Program-made: the position numbers and the translations under genes | Shown here: positions 10,128-19,337 of the stretch, in pieces | Position numbering within the stretch: position 1 is the stretch's first letter | How the letters are laid out: each line of letters opens with the position of its first letter | Origin: Myxococcota bacterium | GTDB taxonomy: Bacteria > Myxococcota_A > SURF-8 | NCBI GenBank assembly: GCA_963674735.2 | Contig: CAXXQS010000001.1 | Span: 2,176,001 to 2,240,000, forward strand | DNA length: 64,000 nucleotides | Reading direction: 5' to 3' | Notes under the pieces: model-generated | What the model was told of the DNA's origin: nothing | Seen by the model: the letters and a program-made list of their open reading frames with translations, nothing else | Database searches by the model: none

Positions 10128-12269
10128 TCAGGGTGTGGGTTGTTTTAAAACAACCAGCGCATCCACCGCTATCGGCTTGCCATCCACTACGATCAGGGGA
10201 TTGATATCGATTTCAGCCACTTCGGGATGCTCCAGGGCCAGTCGGCCTACGCCCTCCAGGATATCGGCCAAAGCTTCACGATCCACGGGCGGCAGACCGC
10301 GTTGCGCATCGAATAGACGCTTCATGCGTAAGCTGTCGGGCATGATTTTGAGATCATCGCGGACCACGGGAGCAGCCCGGAACGAAACATCCCGGATCGC
10401 TTCAGTGAAAATGCCGCCGACTCCGAGCATCACACAGGGACCGAAACCGGGAAAACGACTCATCCCCACCACAAGCTCGCGCGTCCCTTTAAGTTGGCTT
10501 GCAACAAGGCGCGGGCATCCAGGCGCAACATTTTCGACTTTTTCCCAGGCCGCTTTCAAATCAGAGTGGCCTGCAAGACCCAGCTTGACCAGCCCCGCCT
10601 CCGATTTGTGGGTGACATTCTCCGGCAGTCCTTTGAGCACAATGGGATAGCCAAGACGTTCGGCAGCGGCCAGCGCGTCATCCAGGGTCTCGACTCGAAA
10701 TTCATCGGCCGTGGGAACACCGTAGTCCCGAAGCAAAGCCTTCGCGGCGAATTCATCGAGAATGCGTCCTTCTCCGCCCTGCGCAAGCAAACTGTCCTTG
10801 GGTTCGGGGAACTCGGCGACAAACAAACCGTCCGCCCTCAGATGAGCTTGGCGTTCGCCGTAATTGGCCAAAGCCGCCATGGCCTTCACGGCTGATTCGG
10901 GCGCATCGAACAGAGGAATTCCACTTGCAATCATCGCCTGTGCCGCGTTGTCGTCACGAATGAACGTGGAGGCCGTCAACGGTTTCCCGGTTTCACGCGG
11001 CAAATTGGCCAAAACCGACATATCGAACTTGGCCGACTCCATGAACTGTTCGCGTGGTATGGGAGCGATATCTTTAATGGCATCGTACATTTGCCCGGTA
11101 AAACCGGTGTCCATAATGCCGTGCACCATGACGGCGTCCAGTTCGTCACTGGCAAACAGGAGCCGAGGGATCGTTTCGGTCAGTGCGGCATGATTCATCG
11201 TAAAGGTGAGATCCACCGGGTTTTTGGCCGATGCGGTCGCGGCGATATGCGGGCGAATCTGCGCCTGCAGCTCTTCACTCAGTTCGGGTAACTCCAAGCC
11301 ATGACGCTCGCAGGCATCCGCCATGGATGAAGCCGGACCGCCCGAATGGGTGAGAATCGCCACCCGGCGACCTTTGGGAGGCGGCATACACGCCAAACTG
11401 TGTCCCCAACCGAAGAGGTCTTCGACGGTCTCGGCTCGTAAAACGCCCGCCTGCTCGAAGATCCCATTGTAAAGTTCGTTGGGGCCGCCCAACGACCCGG
11501 TGTGGGATGCGGCCGCCCGCATTCCGGTTTGGCTGCCGCCCACATACAGCGCCACAATCGGTTTTTTCTTGGAAACCTCTCGTGCAACCCGAATAAAATC
11601 GCGACCCCGGCGAATACCTTCGATATACAGGGCAATGGCGTGAGTGTCGGGATCGTCTCCCAGATACTCCAAACCATCGACAAGATCGATACTGCTTGAA
11701 TTTCCCACGCTGATAGCTTGGCTGTAACGAATCCCGCGCTCCTTGAGATAGACAAGCGTCTGGGTGACGTAGGTCCCACTCTGACTCACCAAACCGAGGT
11801 GGCCCGGTTCGTCGTTATACGGGAAAAACGTGAGGTTGAGACCGATGTGGGTGTTCATGACCCCGATGCAGTTGGGACCGACGAAACGGATACCGTGTTT
11901 CGCGGCAACACGCATCAGTTCGGCTTCCAACTCGATCCCGTCGGCGCCGACCTCGCGGAATCCGGCAGTTATGATGACGGCATGCCGCACCCCGCGCTCG
12001 CCGAGTTCGTCGAGCAATCCGGGAGTGATTTTTGTCGGAGTCACCAGCATCGCCAAGTCGGGAACGAACGGAATGTCAGCCGCATGCCGATAGACGGCAT
12101 GACCGAAAATCTGCTCCTCCTTGGGGTGTAAAAACACCACTTCACCCTTGTAACCGCCATTAAGCAGATTTAAAGCTTGAATGGTGCCCATCTTCATGAA
12201 GTTGTTACTGGCACCGGCGACAACAATTTTTTGGGGGTGCATGATAATATGCAGGGGATTGGTCGACAT
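10128..12269 (-). CDS. Acetate/acyl-CoA ligase (ADP-forming), fused alpha-beta
   Basis: CoA-binding domain (VVAGAS, GPNCIG, SQSG, NPVD) plus C-terminal ATP-grasp (THKSEAG, EIDINP); AGGAG RBS before MSTNP. Confidence 0.9.
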   Translation of the reverse strand: MSTNPLHIIMHPQKIVVAGASNNFMKMGTIQALNLLNGGYKGEVVFLHPKEEQIFGHAVYRHAADIPFVPDLAMLVTPTKITPGLLDELGERGVRHAVIITAGFREVGADGIELEAELMRVAAKHGIRFVGPNCIGVMNTHIGLNLTFFPYNDEPGHLGLVSQSGTYVTQTLVYLKERGIRYSQAISVGNSSSIDLVDGLEYLGDDPDTHAIALYIEGIRRGRDFIRVAREVSKKKPIVALYVGGSQTGMRAAASHTGSLGGPNELYNGIFEQAGVLRAETVEDLFGWGHSLACMPPPKGRRVAILTHSGGPASSMADACERHGLELPELSEELQAQIRPHIAATASAKNPVDLTFTMNHAALTETIPRLLFASDELDAVMVHGIMDTGFTGQMYDAIKDIAPIPREQFMESAKFDMSVLANLPRETGKPLTASTFIRDDNAAQAMIASGIPLFDAPESAVKAMAALANYGERQAHLRADGLFVAEFPEPKDSLLAQGGEGRILDEFAAKALLRDYGVPTADEFRVETLDDALAAAERLGYPIVLKGLPENVTHKSEAGLVKLGLAGHSDLKAAWEKVENVAPGCPRLVASQLKGTRELVVGMSRFPGFGPCVMLGVGGIFTEAIRDVSFRAAPVVRDDLKIMPDSLRMKRLFDAQRGLPPVDREALADILEGVGRLALEHPEVAEIDINPLIVVDGKPIAVDALVVLKQPTP

Positions 12270-12373
12270 GGAGGACTCCTCATTTGATTGGCAACGTGAA
12301 CAGAACAACCCGGAAAGAACATGTGGTCGACGTCCGACCTCGCACTGCCGTATCCAAAAATATAGGCGCACAC

Positions 12374-12426
12374 TGAATGAGCGCTCACCCACCACCTATT
12401 CTGACGCTTACGTCACTAACTGTCAA
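12374..12426 (-). promoter_or_regulatory. Promoter of the acyl-CoA ligase with two operator-like palindromes
   Basis: Minus strand TTGACA-N17-CAGAAT (12426-12398); TGACG-ctta-CGTCA in the spacer (12402-12415); TGAATGA-gcgc-TCACCCA at 12374-12391. Confidence 0.6.
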
Positions 12427-12565
12427 GGATGCGCTTAAAAAACTTTCACCGGACTAAATGGAATGCCGAGAAGTCCAAAGTAATCCTTTGTTACAGACAC
12501 GCCAACGATGGAACTTGCTTGCAAGTCCCTTTCGCGCTAACATCACTCGAATCACGGAGGCCAAC

Positions 12566-13060
12566 ATGTCCGAGAATGTCTACACGTTCAACGCGACCAC
12601 CATTACCGGCGAACCCGTTTCTTTGGGGGATTACCGCGGCAAGGTACTGCTGATTGTCAACACGGCCAGCAAATGCGGTTTCACTCCGCAATACAAAGGG
12701 CTCGAAAATCTGCACAACACATATAAAGATCAGGGCTTGGTGGTTTTAGGCTTTCCCTGCAACCAGTTCATGGAACAAGAACCGGGGAGCGAGGCCGATA
12801 TTCAGAAATTCTGCGAACTCAATTACGGCGTGAGTTTCCAGATGCTGTCGAAGATCGATGTCAACGGTTCCAACGCTCATCCGCTTTATGCGTATCTGAC
12901 CGACACGCTCAAAGGCGTCCTCGGCACAAAGAAGATCAAATGGAATTTTACGAAATTCCTCGTCAATCGCCTCGGCCAGCCGGTCAAACGTTTTTCGCCC
13001 AATACGGAACCGGAAAAGCTGAAAGATGATATCGAAACCCTTCTGGCAGAACAAATTTAA
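12566..13060 (+). CDS. gpx: Glutathione peroxidase family protein (Cys-type)
   Basis: VNTASKCGFT, LGFPCNQF and KWNFTKFL signatures; GGAGG RBS. Confidence 0.95.
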   Translation: MSENVYTFNATTITGEPVSLGDYRGKVLLIVNTASKCGFTPQYKGLENLHNTYKDQGLVVLGFPCNQFMEQEPGSEADIQKFCELNYGVSFQMLSKIDVNGSNAHPLYAYLTDTLKGVLGTKKIKWNFTKFLVNRLGQPVKRFSPNTEPEKLKDDIETLLAEQI

Positions 13061-13103
13061 ACATGTTTCAACGAACAGCGCCGACAAGGAAACCGAACAA
13101 TCC

Positions 13104-14510
13104 ATGCAACACGTGAGTCTCGCAACCGTTAGTTTCCTCTTTTTCGTTCTTCTTGCCTTCCCAACTCAGGCAAAGGACAAACAAGCTTCCGCCCAGATGG
13201 AATCGCCGGTAGCAACCGTTGCAGCCGAAGCGACTCTCTCCTCCGCTCAATCCCCCAAAGCGGCGTCATTCAAGATTCCCCATAACGATATCTACCTGTT
13301 CACCCCCGGTATGACACGCGCCCTCGCCCGCTATCGGCTGGGCGAGCCTTTCGAACCTTTGGCCGAATTCGAAAAAGAACTGAAAGCCAGTCCGCACCTG
13401 CCGAGTACGCATTTCTGGGTCGGTTCGCGCAAGCTGCTATTCGCCTGGATGGATGCGCCCGACACCCGATACCACAAAGACGTGGAACGCCACTTCGACG
13501 ATTGCCTGCTGCGCGCCGAACGGGCTAAGAAACTACCCCGCTTGCATCATGCGGGCATGTTTTACGAATCCGCCTGCAATATGGGGCTGAGCGCTTTGTA
13601 TGGGCTGAAGAACGAATTCCTCGACGCCGGAATACACGCCAACCGCGCCATCAAGGGCTTCTTCGCTCTGCACAAAGAACGGCCAGAGCATCACGGCACC
13701 CTCATGGTGGTGGGATCCTACAACTATTACACCAGTCGTTTCGGAACTCTCGGAAGACTTCTGTTAAATTTGATGCAATTACCGACAGGTAACCGAGAAA
13801 CCGGACTCGCCCAGCTTTACGCCGCCTCATCCAACGACGGTCCCTTGGATATGGGCGGCAAAATGATGCTGGTTCCGGCCCTTATGAACTTTGAAAACAA
13901 ACCGCAGGAAGCAGTTGAATTGGCTGAGGAAACGGTCCGTCTGGTTCCCACCAACACCGCCACACACACACTGCTGGCCACCCAATATCTGATGGTCGGC
14001 CGGCTCGAAGACGCCCGTCGATCCACCCGCCAAGCTCAGAACTGGCAGCCCTCCGATGCCGCAACCAGCAAGGTTCACGAAGTCAAGGCCCGCAAGGTGT
14101 ACATCGACATGCTGACGGCCATCATGAACGTCTTGCTCGACCACGACCCGGACGGGCTGGCCTGGCTGGCGAAAACCGGTCGTGGGATCGATGAGCACCC
14201 GGAAGGTTTCGCCTCGCTGGCCCGACTTTACTTGGCCCATATTTACCGTCTGGCCGACCGAAAGGACGATGCCGAGCGCTTATACCGTTGGGTGATCGAT
14301 GGCGAAAACGGCTCTCGCTGGCTGAAAGATATGGGCCCAATCCTACATCGACGAACGGGACATCAATCAGCAAATCCTCTTACCCAGCCCCCAAAAAAGA
14401 GCCCTGCACACGTGGATCGCGTCGATAGCTTTTCCGGATATCGAGGACTAGGAAGGCGTTACGGTATTCGTCTCGCATGTCGGGAGCTTGACCCAAAACT
14501 GCCCCCCTAG
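13104..14510 (+). CDS. Exported TPR-like alpha-helical protein (C-terminus probably frameshifted)
   Basis: Signal peptide (AFPTQA); helical repeats; G-N-R-E-T-G-L-A-Q-L pattern. A more protein-like end would be at 14451 if one G at 14333-14335 is an error. Confidence 0.65.
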   Translation: MQHVSLATVSFLFFVLLAFPTQAKDKQASAQMESPVATVAAEATLSSAQSPKAASFKIPHNDIYLFTPGMTRALARYRLGEPFEPLAEFEKELKASPHLPSTHFWVGSRKLLFAWMDAPDTRYHKDVERHFDDCLLRAERAKKLPRLHHAGMFYESACNMGLSALYGLKNEFLDAGIHANRAIKGFFALHKERPEHHGTLMVVGSYNYYTSRFGTLGRLLLNLMQLPTGNRETGLAQLYAASSNDGPLDMGGKMMLVPALMNFENKPQEAVELAEETVRLVPTNTATHTLLATQYLMVGRLEDARRSTRQAQNWQPSDAATSKVHEVKARKVYIDMLTAIMNVLLDHDPDGLAWLAKTGRGIDEHPEGFASLARLYLAHIYRLADRKDDAERLYRWVIDGENGSRWLKDMGPILHRRTGHQSANPLTQPPKKSPAHVDRVDSFSGYRGLGRRYGIRLACRELDPKLPP

Positions 14511-14649
14511 AATCGCCAAGTGTTCCTCTGGGTAGTCGCGATACCGACTTCCGGATGACCTCGGAAACCGACCGGATACAAACCGAAATGTCCCAAAAGC
14601 ATCGCGGGGAAGAGTTGTTCCATACCTGCGCGAAGATCTAGCGCACATA

Positions 14650-14682
14650 AACAGAAAGCTCCCCCGCATACACGGGGGAGCT
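14650..14682 (-). terminator. Terminator downstream of rpsI
   Basis: AGCTCCCCCG/CGGGGGAGCT stem; T-rich tail on the minus strand. Confidence 0.7.
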
Positions 14683-14705
14683 GCAATTGTCGGTCGCGTT
14701 TCGGC

Positions 14706-15107
14706 TTAACGCTTGGAGAACTGGAAGCGACGGCGCGCACCGCGCAGACCGTACTTCTTACGCTCTTTGACACGGGCATCACGCGTAAGGAAGCCGACCT
14801 TCTTCAGCATCGGACGATACTTATCGCGGTCAACCTGCTCCAGGGCACGTGAAATGCCGTGTTTAATGGCTTCAGCCTGACCGGACAGGCCGCCGCCTTT
14901 GCAATTGCAAATAATGTCATACTGTCCGGTGGTACCGGTCAGTTCGAGCGGCTGATTCATAACCATCTTCAGAACCGGACGCTTCAAATAGTCGTCCACT
15001 TCACGTTGGTTGATCATGATTTTGCCCGTTCCAGGGCGCATCCATACACGGGCTACCGCAGACTTACGTCGCCCGACCGCTTGCCAATTCCAGGCCTTAC
15101 CTTCCAT
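14706..15107 (-). CDS. rpsI: 30S ribosomal protein S9
   Basis: [29 protein letters not shown] and C-terminal RRFQFSKR. Confidence 0.99.
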   Translation of the reverse strand: MEGKAWNWQAVGRRKSAVARVWMRPGTGKIMINQREVDDYLKRPVLKMVMNQPLELTGTTGQYDIICNCKGGGLSGQAEAIKHGISRALEQVDRDKYRPMLKKVGFLTRDARVKERKKYGLRGARRRFQFSKR

Positions 15108-15130
15108 CGTCTCACCTATCTCAAAACTCG

Positions 15131-15562
15131 TTAGATGTCCAGGGGTTCGGGCTGCTGCGCTTCATGCGGATGTTCCGGAGAAGCATAGACCTTCAGCTTT
15201 TTCAGCATCTGGCGGCCCAGCTTGTTTTTCGGCAACATCCCTTTAACGGCACGTTCGAACACCTGCTCCGGCGCTTTTTCAAGCAATTTTTCAAGCGAAA
15301 TACTTTTGATTCCACCCGAAAAACCGGTGTGATGATAATAGTGTTTGTCGTGTAGCTTGTTGCCGGTCACTTTGACTTTGTCGGCATTGACCACGACCAC
15401 AAAATCACACCGTATCCACGGAGGGGGGTGTAGGTGGGCTTGTTTTTACCACGCAGGATGCGAGCAACTTCACTCCGCGGCGCGACCGAGCACTTTGTCG
15501 GCCAAGTCCACTACGTACCATTTCTTCTCGATTTCGTTCGGCTTCGCACTATATGTAGACAT
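15131..15562 (-). CDS. rplM: 50S ribosomal protein L13 (three apparent 1-nt insertions, likely sequencing errors)
   Basis: [29 protein letters not shown], then [16 protein letters not shown] and [12 protein letters not shown] in shifted frames. The 432-nt span minus 3 nt gives 142 aa. Confidence 0.95.
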
Positions 15563-15730
15563 ATCTGTATACCTCGTCCTAGCAGGACGTCGCAAGGACT
15601 GGATTCTTAGATTATTCGCCGCAATTTGTCAAGCATTTTCTGTCCTTTTCTCTCAAAATATATTGACTACCCTTTTCCCAGGGCATGACAGGCATCGAAT
15701 CCGGCAAAACCCGACAGCCTGTGTTTCATC

Positions 15731-15759
15731 TTGACAGATACCATCGTCATGCTCAAAAT
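15731..15759 (+). promoter_or_regulatory. sigma70-type promoter
   Basis: TTGACA-N17-CAAAAT about 60 nt upstream of the start at 15818. Confidence 0.5.
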
Positions 15760-15817
15760 AGGAGCGCGACAAACGAAAACGTCCATTATCCTAACATAGT
15801 CGGAGGAGGATCCGAGC

Positions 15818-16588
15818 ATGAATTGCCCTAAATGCAATGCCACCGTTCCGGAAGACGCTCAGTTTTGCGGAGTTTGCGGCTTTAAATTCGAAGAAGATCA
15901 GGCACCTACAGTCGGATCTCCCGCCGGCTCAACGGCGGCGCCAACCTCCTATGGACCTTCAACGCAAGGTCTGGTCAGCGGTTCCCTGTCGGATGGCTGG
16001 GCGGCTTTCAAGTCCAGTCCGGGCGTTTTGGTTGGAATGCTGATTGTGCTCATGATCATCTCGGGCCTCGTTGAAGCTATCTTGAAAAGTTCGCTGGGCG
16101 ATAGCGGGGTCTATCAATCTTTCAGCGGTCTCTGGTCGCTGGTACAAAACGTCCTGGCAGCCGGGTTCGTGTTCTCCAGCCTTAAAATTGTACGCGGTGA
16201 AGACGTCGCCTTCGGCGAGTTGTTTGCCGGTTTCAACAAATTTCTCCCCATTTTCCTGGCCGCCCTGCTGGTGAGCATCGCGGTACTGGTGGGATTGGTT
16301 TTACTGGTGGTTCCGGGAATCATCCTGGCGTTGGGTCTTTCGCAATGGATGCTGCTGATCATGGACCGCGACGCCGGAGCCATGGATTCTCTCAAGGCAA
16401 GCTGGGAAATGATGCGCGGATACAAGGTTTCCCTGTTTATCTTGGGACTGGCCTTGATCGGAATCAATCTTCTTGGCGCACTGGCTCTGGTCGTCGGTCT
16501 GCTGGTCTCCCTACCCTTCTCGGCCTGTGCGGGAGCGGCTTTTTACGAGCGAGTCATGGCGCAGAATCCTCCACAAATTGGGGGGTGA
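15818..16588 (+). CDS. Zinc-ribbon domain membrane protein (DUF975-like)
   Basis: N-terminal CPKC...CGVCG; multiple TM helices; SLKASWEMMRG motif; GGAGGA RBS. Confidence 0.8.
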   Translation: MNCPKCNATVPEDAQFCGVCGFKFEEDQAPTVGSPAGSTAAPTSYGPSTQGLVSGSLSDGWAAFKSSPGVLVGMLIVLMIISGLVEAILKSSLGDSGVYQSFSGLWSLVQNVLAAGFVFSSLKIVRGEDVAFGELFAGFNKFLPIFLAALLVSIAVLVGLVLLVVPGIILALGLSQWMLLIMDRDAGAMDSLKASWEMMRGYKVSLFILGLALIGINLLGALALVVGLLVSLPFSACAGAAFYERVMAQNPPQIGG

Positions 16589-16627
16589 TTCCGAATCCGG
16601 CTGGCCGATTCAACATAACCGACAATC

Positions 16628-16664
16628 AAAAACCCGGAGCCCTGGCGACTCCGGGTTTCCTTTT
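16628..16664. terminator. Bidirectional terminator between convergent genes
   Basis: AAACCCGGAG...CTCCGGGTTT stem with an A run on the left and a T run on the right. Confidence 0.75.
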
Positions 16665-16681
16665 CCGGGCATTCACAGAAA

Positions 16682-18229
16682 CTAATCTTCATCGCCGACA
16701 TACCCACCGTCGAACCATCCCAGCGAAGACATGGCATCCCAAGCGCAGGGACCGGCGGGACGCCCGAGACCCATTTTGAGTTCGTAACCTTCAAGCTGCC
16801 CCGAAGGATCGGCCTCGATCGATTCGGGATCGACGATATACCCCAGGCTGTCGTTGCCCAGCCCCACCACAAAGGATTGCGGACTCACCATGCGTTCCCG
16901 TAACCGCCAGCTATATTCAGCCGTTCCCTCGCCGGGAAACACGCCGAATTCCGCATCGCCCAGTTTGTGCCAGCTCACCTCGATATTCGACACCCACATT
17001 TCATCATCGCGATACTCGATGTAGCGTTTGGGAACACCCAGAAATTCATAGGCGAAGGTGAGATAGGATTCCTCTGCCCTGCAAGCGTAGTGAGCCCAAC
17101 GATGGCGGATATCGAAACTGGCGCTGGGGGTCAGCGTTTCCAGCGTCCCATTGACCGTTTCAGCCAGAATACGCCCCATATCATAAGCGCGCTCAAAGCC
17201 GTCATTTCCTTCGGGACCGACGGAGCCTCCATGTACCGCCGCGACAAATCCCTGCAAATACATGGCGGGAGCGCCGGTCAAGCTGCCGAGTTCCTCTCGA
17301 TAGCCCCAAATGAAGTCGGCGGAAGCCAGCCGATTTCCATCCCCCAGCATCGTCGGATGCTTGGCATAATTGGCCAACGTCACGATCGCGTGACCATCGC
17401 CATCGCGAGCCTGCAAAACACCGACCGTATTGTCGATGATTTCGGAACAACCGCTGTCCCGGCCGGTGTAACCGACCAACTCGGTTGCTCCCGTATATAG
17501 GCTGGCTTCCTGCAGGGTATCGGCCGCCTGCTCCGCTGCGGCGACCAGTCCGTCCTGGATCACGTTCAGCGCTGCGAGTGGAACCCCTTCATCGGGAGCC
17601 TGCCAGAAACCGACGAGGTCGGTGGCCGCGTGGCTATGACTGGATGCAATCAAAATATGTTCGGGATAAAGCCGCACGCGATCGCGCAAGGCCTCCGCGA
17701 TAACTTGCCGCATCTGCATCACGCCCGGTCCCCAGTCGCCGAAATCAAACCCGAATCCGGCGGTGTCCAGGCTGATAACCAGATAGGCTCGTTCGGCGTC
17801 GTTGACAAAGAGCGCCGCCTGCCCCATCAGCGGATCATGGACACCTTCGATGACGCGCCCGCCGCCAGGAGCGCCGAATCCGCCCAGCGCCGTTCCATTG
17901 GGCGGTGTGCAATCACTTTCTCCATATCCGACGAAAAAACGGGTCGGTTCGACATCCGGCCAGGGTTCCTCGTCCACGCTTTCTTCCTCGACTTCCATCT
18001 CGATATCATTTTCCAGATCCCGATCGCCTTCCATCTCATCGCCGTCCGTATCCTGACTCTCTTCATCACCATCGAGGGAAGGCGTATCCGCATCCGAATC
18101 GCCCCCTACATGGCTCTCGCCCTCATCATCGCAGCCCAAAAACAGGATGGGCGTCAACAACAACAAGATCAACAAGTTAAGAAAAAGTGATTCAGACACT
18201 GAAGACAAATCCCGTAAAAATACCGACAT
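16682..18229 (-). CDS. Lipoprotein, neutral/alkaline ceramidase-like metallohydrolase
   Basis: Lipobox FLGC; Asp/Glu-rich linker; GVHDPL, SSHSHAA, NYAKHPT, SADF, PGE and GLGND motifs. Confidence 0.7.
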   Translation of the reverse strand: MSVFLRDLSSVSESLFLNLLILLLLTPILFLGCDDEGESHVGGDSDADTPSLDGDEESQDTDGDEMEGDRDLENDIEMEVEEESVDEEPWPDVEPTRFFVGYGESDCTPPNGTALGGFGAPGGGRVIEGVHDPLMGQAALFVNDAERAYLVISLDTAGFGFDFGDWGPGVMQMRQVIAEALRDRVRLYPEHILIASSHSHAATDLVGFWQAPDEGVPLAALNVIQDGLVAAAEQAADTLQEASLYTGATELVGYTGRDSGCSEIIDNTVGVLQARDGDGHAIVTLANYAKHPTMLGDGNRLASADFIWGYREELGSLTGAPAMYLQGFVAAVHGGSVGPEGNDGFERAYDMGRILAETVNGTLETLTPSASFDIRHRWAHYACRAEESYLTFAYEFLGVPKRYIEYRDDEMWVSNIEVSWHKLGDAEFGVFPGEGTAEYSWRLRERMVSPQSFVVGLGNDSLGYIVDPESIEADPSGQLEGYELKMGLGRPAGPCAWDAMSSLGWFDGGYVGDED

Positions 18230-18406
18230 AGTGACTTTCCTCGATTTGAAGCTACAACAGAACTTGGATGCAAGAAGCAGACTAGCGCAGTCACTTTAAA
18301 ATTTCAACCAAATGGAACCAGGTTTCATTTTTTTACACACTCTCGACCGTTTTTCCTTTCCTTCTCGATGAAACCACGTAGAATAGCGGCGGTTCTTTAA
18401 AGAAAT

Positions 18407-18487
18407 ATCGGGGTGCTCGGCAACAGCCGGGCTGAGATTATACCCATTGAACCTGATCCGGATAATGCCGGCGCGAGGGAAAACGAT
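18407..18487 (+). ncRNA. TPP (THI-box) riboswitch aptamer
   Basis: GGGGTGC...GCTGAGA-TT-ATACCC-ATT-GAACCTGAT-CC-GGATAATGCC-GGCG-CG-AGGGAA, upstream of a thiamine biosynthesis gene. Confidence 0.97.
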
Positions 18488-18502
18488 TCCAAACCATAGC
18501 GA

Positions 18503-18534
18503 AACGGCATCCATCTCGGATGCCGTTATTTTTT
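18503..18534 (+). terminator. Riboswitch expression-platform terminator
   Basis: AACGGCATCC-atctc-GGATGCCGTT followed by ATTTTTT, between the aptamer and the RBS. Confidence 0.8.
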
Positions 18535-18552
18535 CGCAAGGAGGATACCATC

Positions 18553-19326
18553 ATGATGGAAGAAACCATCACTCAAGCCATTGTCACGCGTTTTTTCGCA
18601 AAGTTGCAAGCCAATCTCTGTTTGGATGTCGCGATCGTCGGCGCCGGTCCATCCGGTATGGTCGCCGCCCACGATTTGGCTATGGCCGGAAAAAAGGTGG
18701 CCGTTTTCGAGCGAAAACTGGCTCCGGGCGGGGGGATTTGGGGAGGCGGCATGTTGTTCAACGAGATTGTTGTCCAAGAAGACGTCCTTCCCATCCTGGC
18801 CGACTTCAACATAGGCTCTGAGGACGCCGGAAAGGGCTATTTTACCGCCGATGCGGTCGAGGTGGCATCCGGACTATGCTTTGGCGCGAAAAAAGCCGGA
18901 GCGGCGTTTTTCAATGCCGTCAGTGTGGAAGACATCGTGTTCCATGGCGAACAGGTGGGGGGCGTCGTCATCAACTGGACTCCGGTCGAGCGACTTGAGA
19001 TGCACGTCGATCCGCTGGTTATCACCTCGAAGGCCATTTTGGACGGCACCGGGCATCCGTCTGAGATCATCAACCTCGCCGCCCGCAAAGCGGGTATCAA
19101 GCTGGCCACACCGACTGGAGGGGTGATGGGCGAAAAACCGATGTGGATGGAAAGTGGCGAGGCATCGACGGTCGAGAATACACGCTGTATTTATCCGGGG
19201 TTATACGCGGCCGGCATGGCAGCCAACAACGTTTACGGCGGTTTCCGCATGGGACCGATTTTCGGTGGCATGCTACGCTCGGGTCGTAAAGCCGCCCAGC
19301 TTATTCTGGAGGATTTGTCCAAATAG
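18553..19326 (+). CDS. thi4: Sulfide-dependent adenosine diphosphate thiazole synthase (non-Cys Thi4)
   Basis: [24 protein letters not shown] (His in place of the Cys), DGTGH and [10 protein letters not shown]. Confidence 0.92.
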   Translation: MMEETITQAIVTRFFAKLQANLCLDVAIVGAGPSGMVAAHDLAMAGKKVAVFERKLAPGGGIWGGGMLFNEIVVQEDVLPILADFNIGSEDAGKGYFTADAVEVASGLCFGAKKAGAAFFNAVSVEDIVFHGEQVGGVVINWTPVERLEMHVDPLVITSKAILDGTGHPSEIINLAARKAGIKLATPTGGVMGEKPMWMESGEASTVENTRCIYPGLYAAGMAANNVYGGFRMGPIFGGMLRSGRKAAQLILEDLSK

Positions 19327-19337
19327 AATAAAAGACC

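Noticed and set aside
12566-13060. Selenocysteine in the glutathione peroxidase
   Set aside because: The active-site codon is TGC (Cys), with no in-frame TGA.
14452-14650. Possible small ORFs or sRNA between the TPR gene and the rpsI terminator
   Set aside because: No convincing RBS, motif or stable structure.
15131-15562. rplM as a true pseudogene or programmed frameshift
   Set aside because: Three clustered insertions, no slippery-site or stimulator pattern, and an essential gene; sequencing error is more parsimonious.
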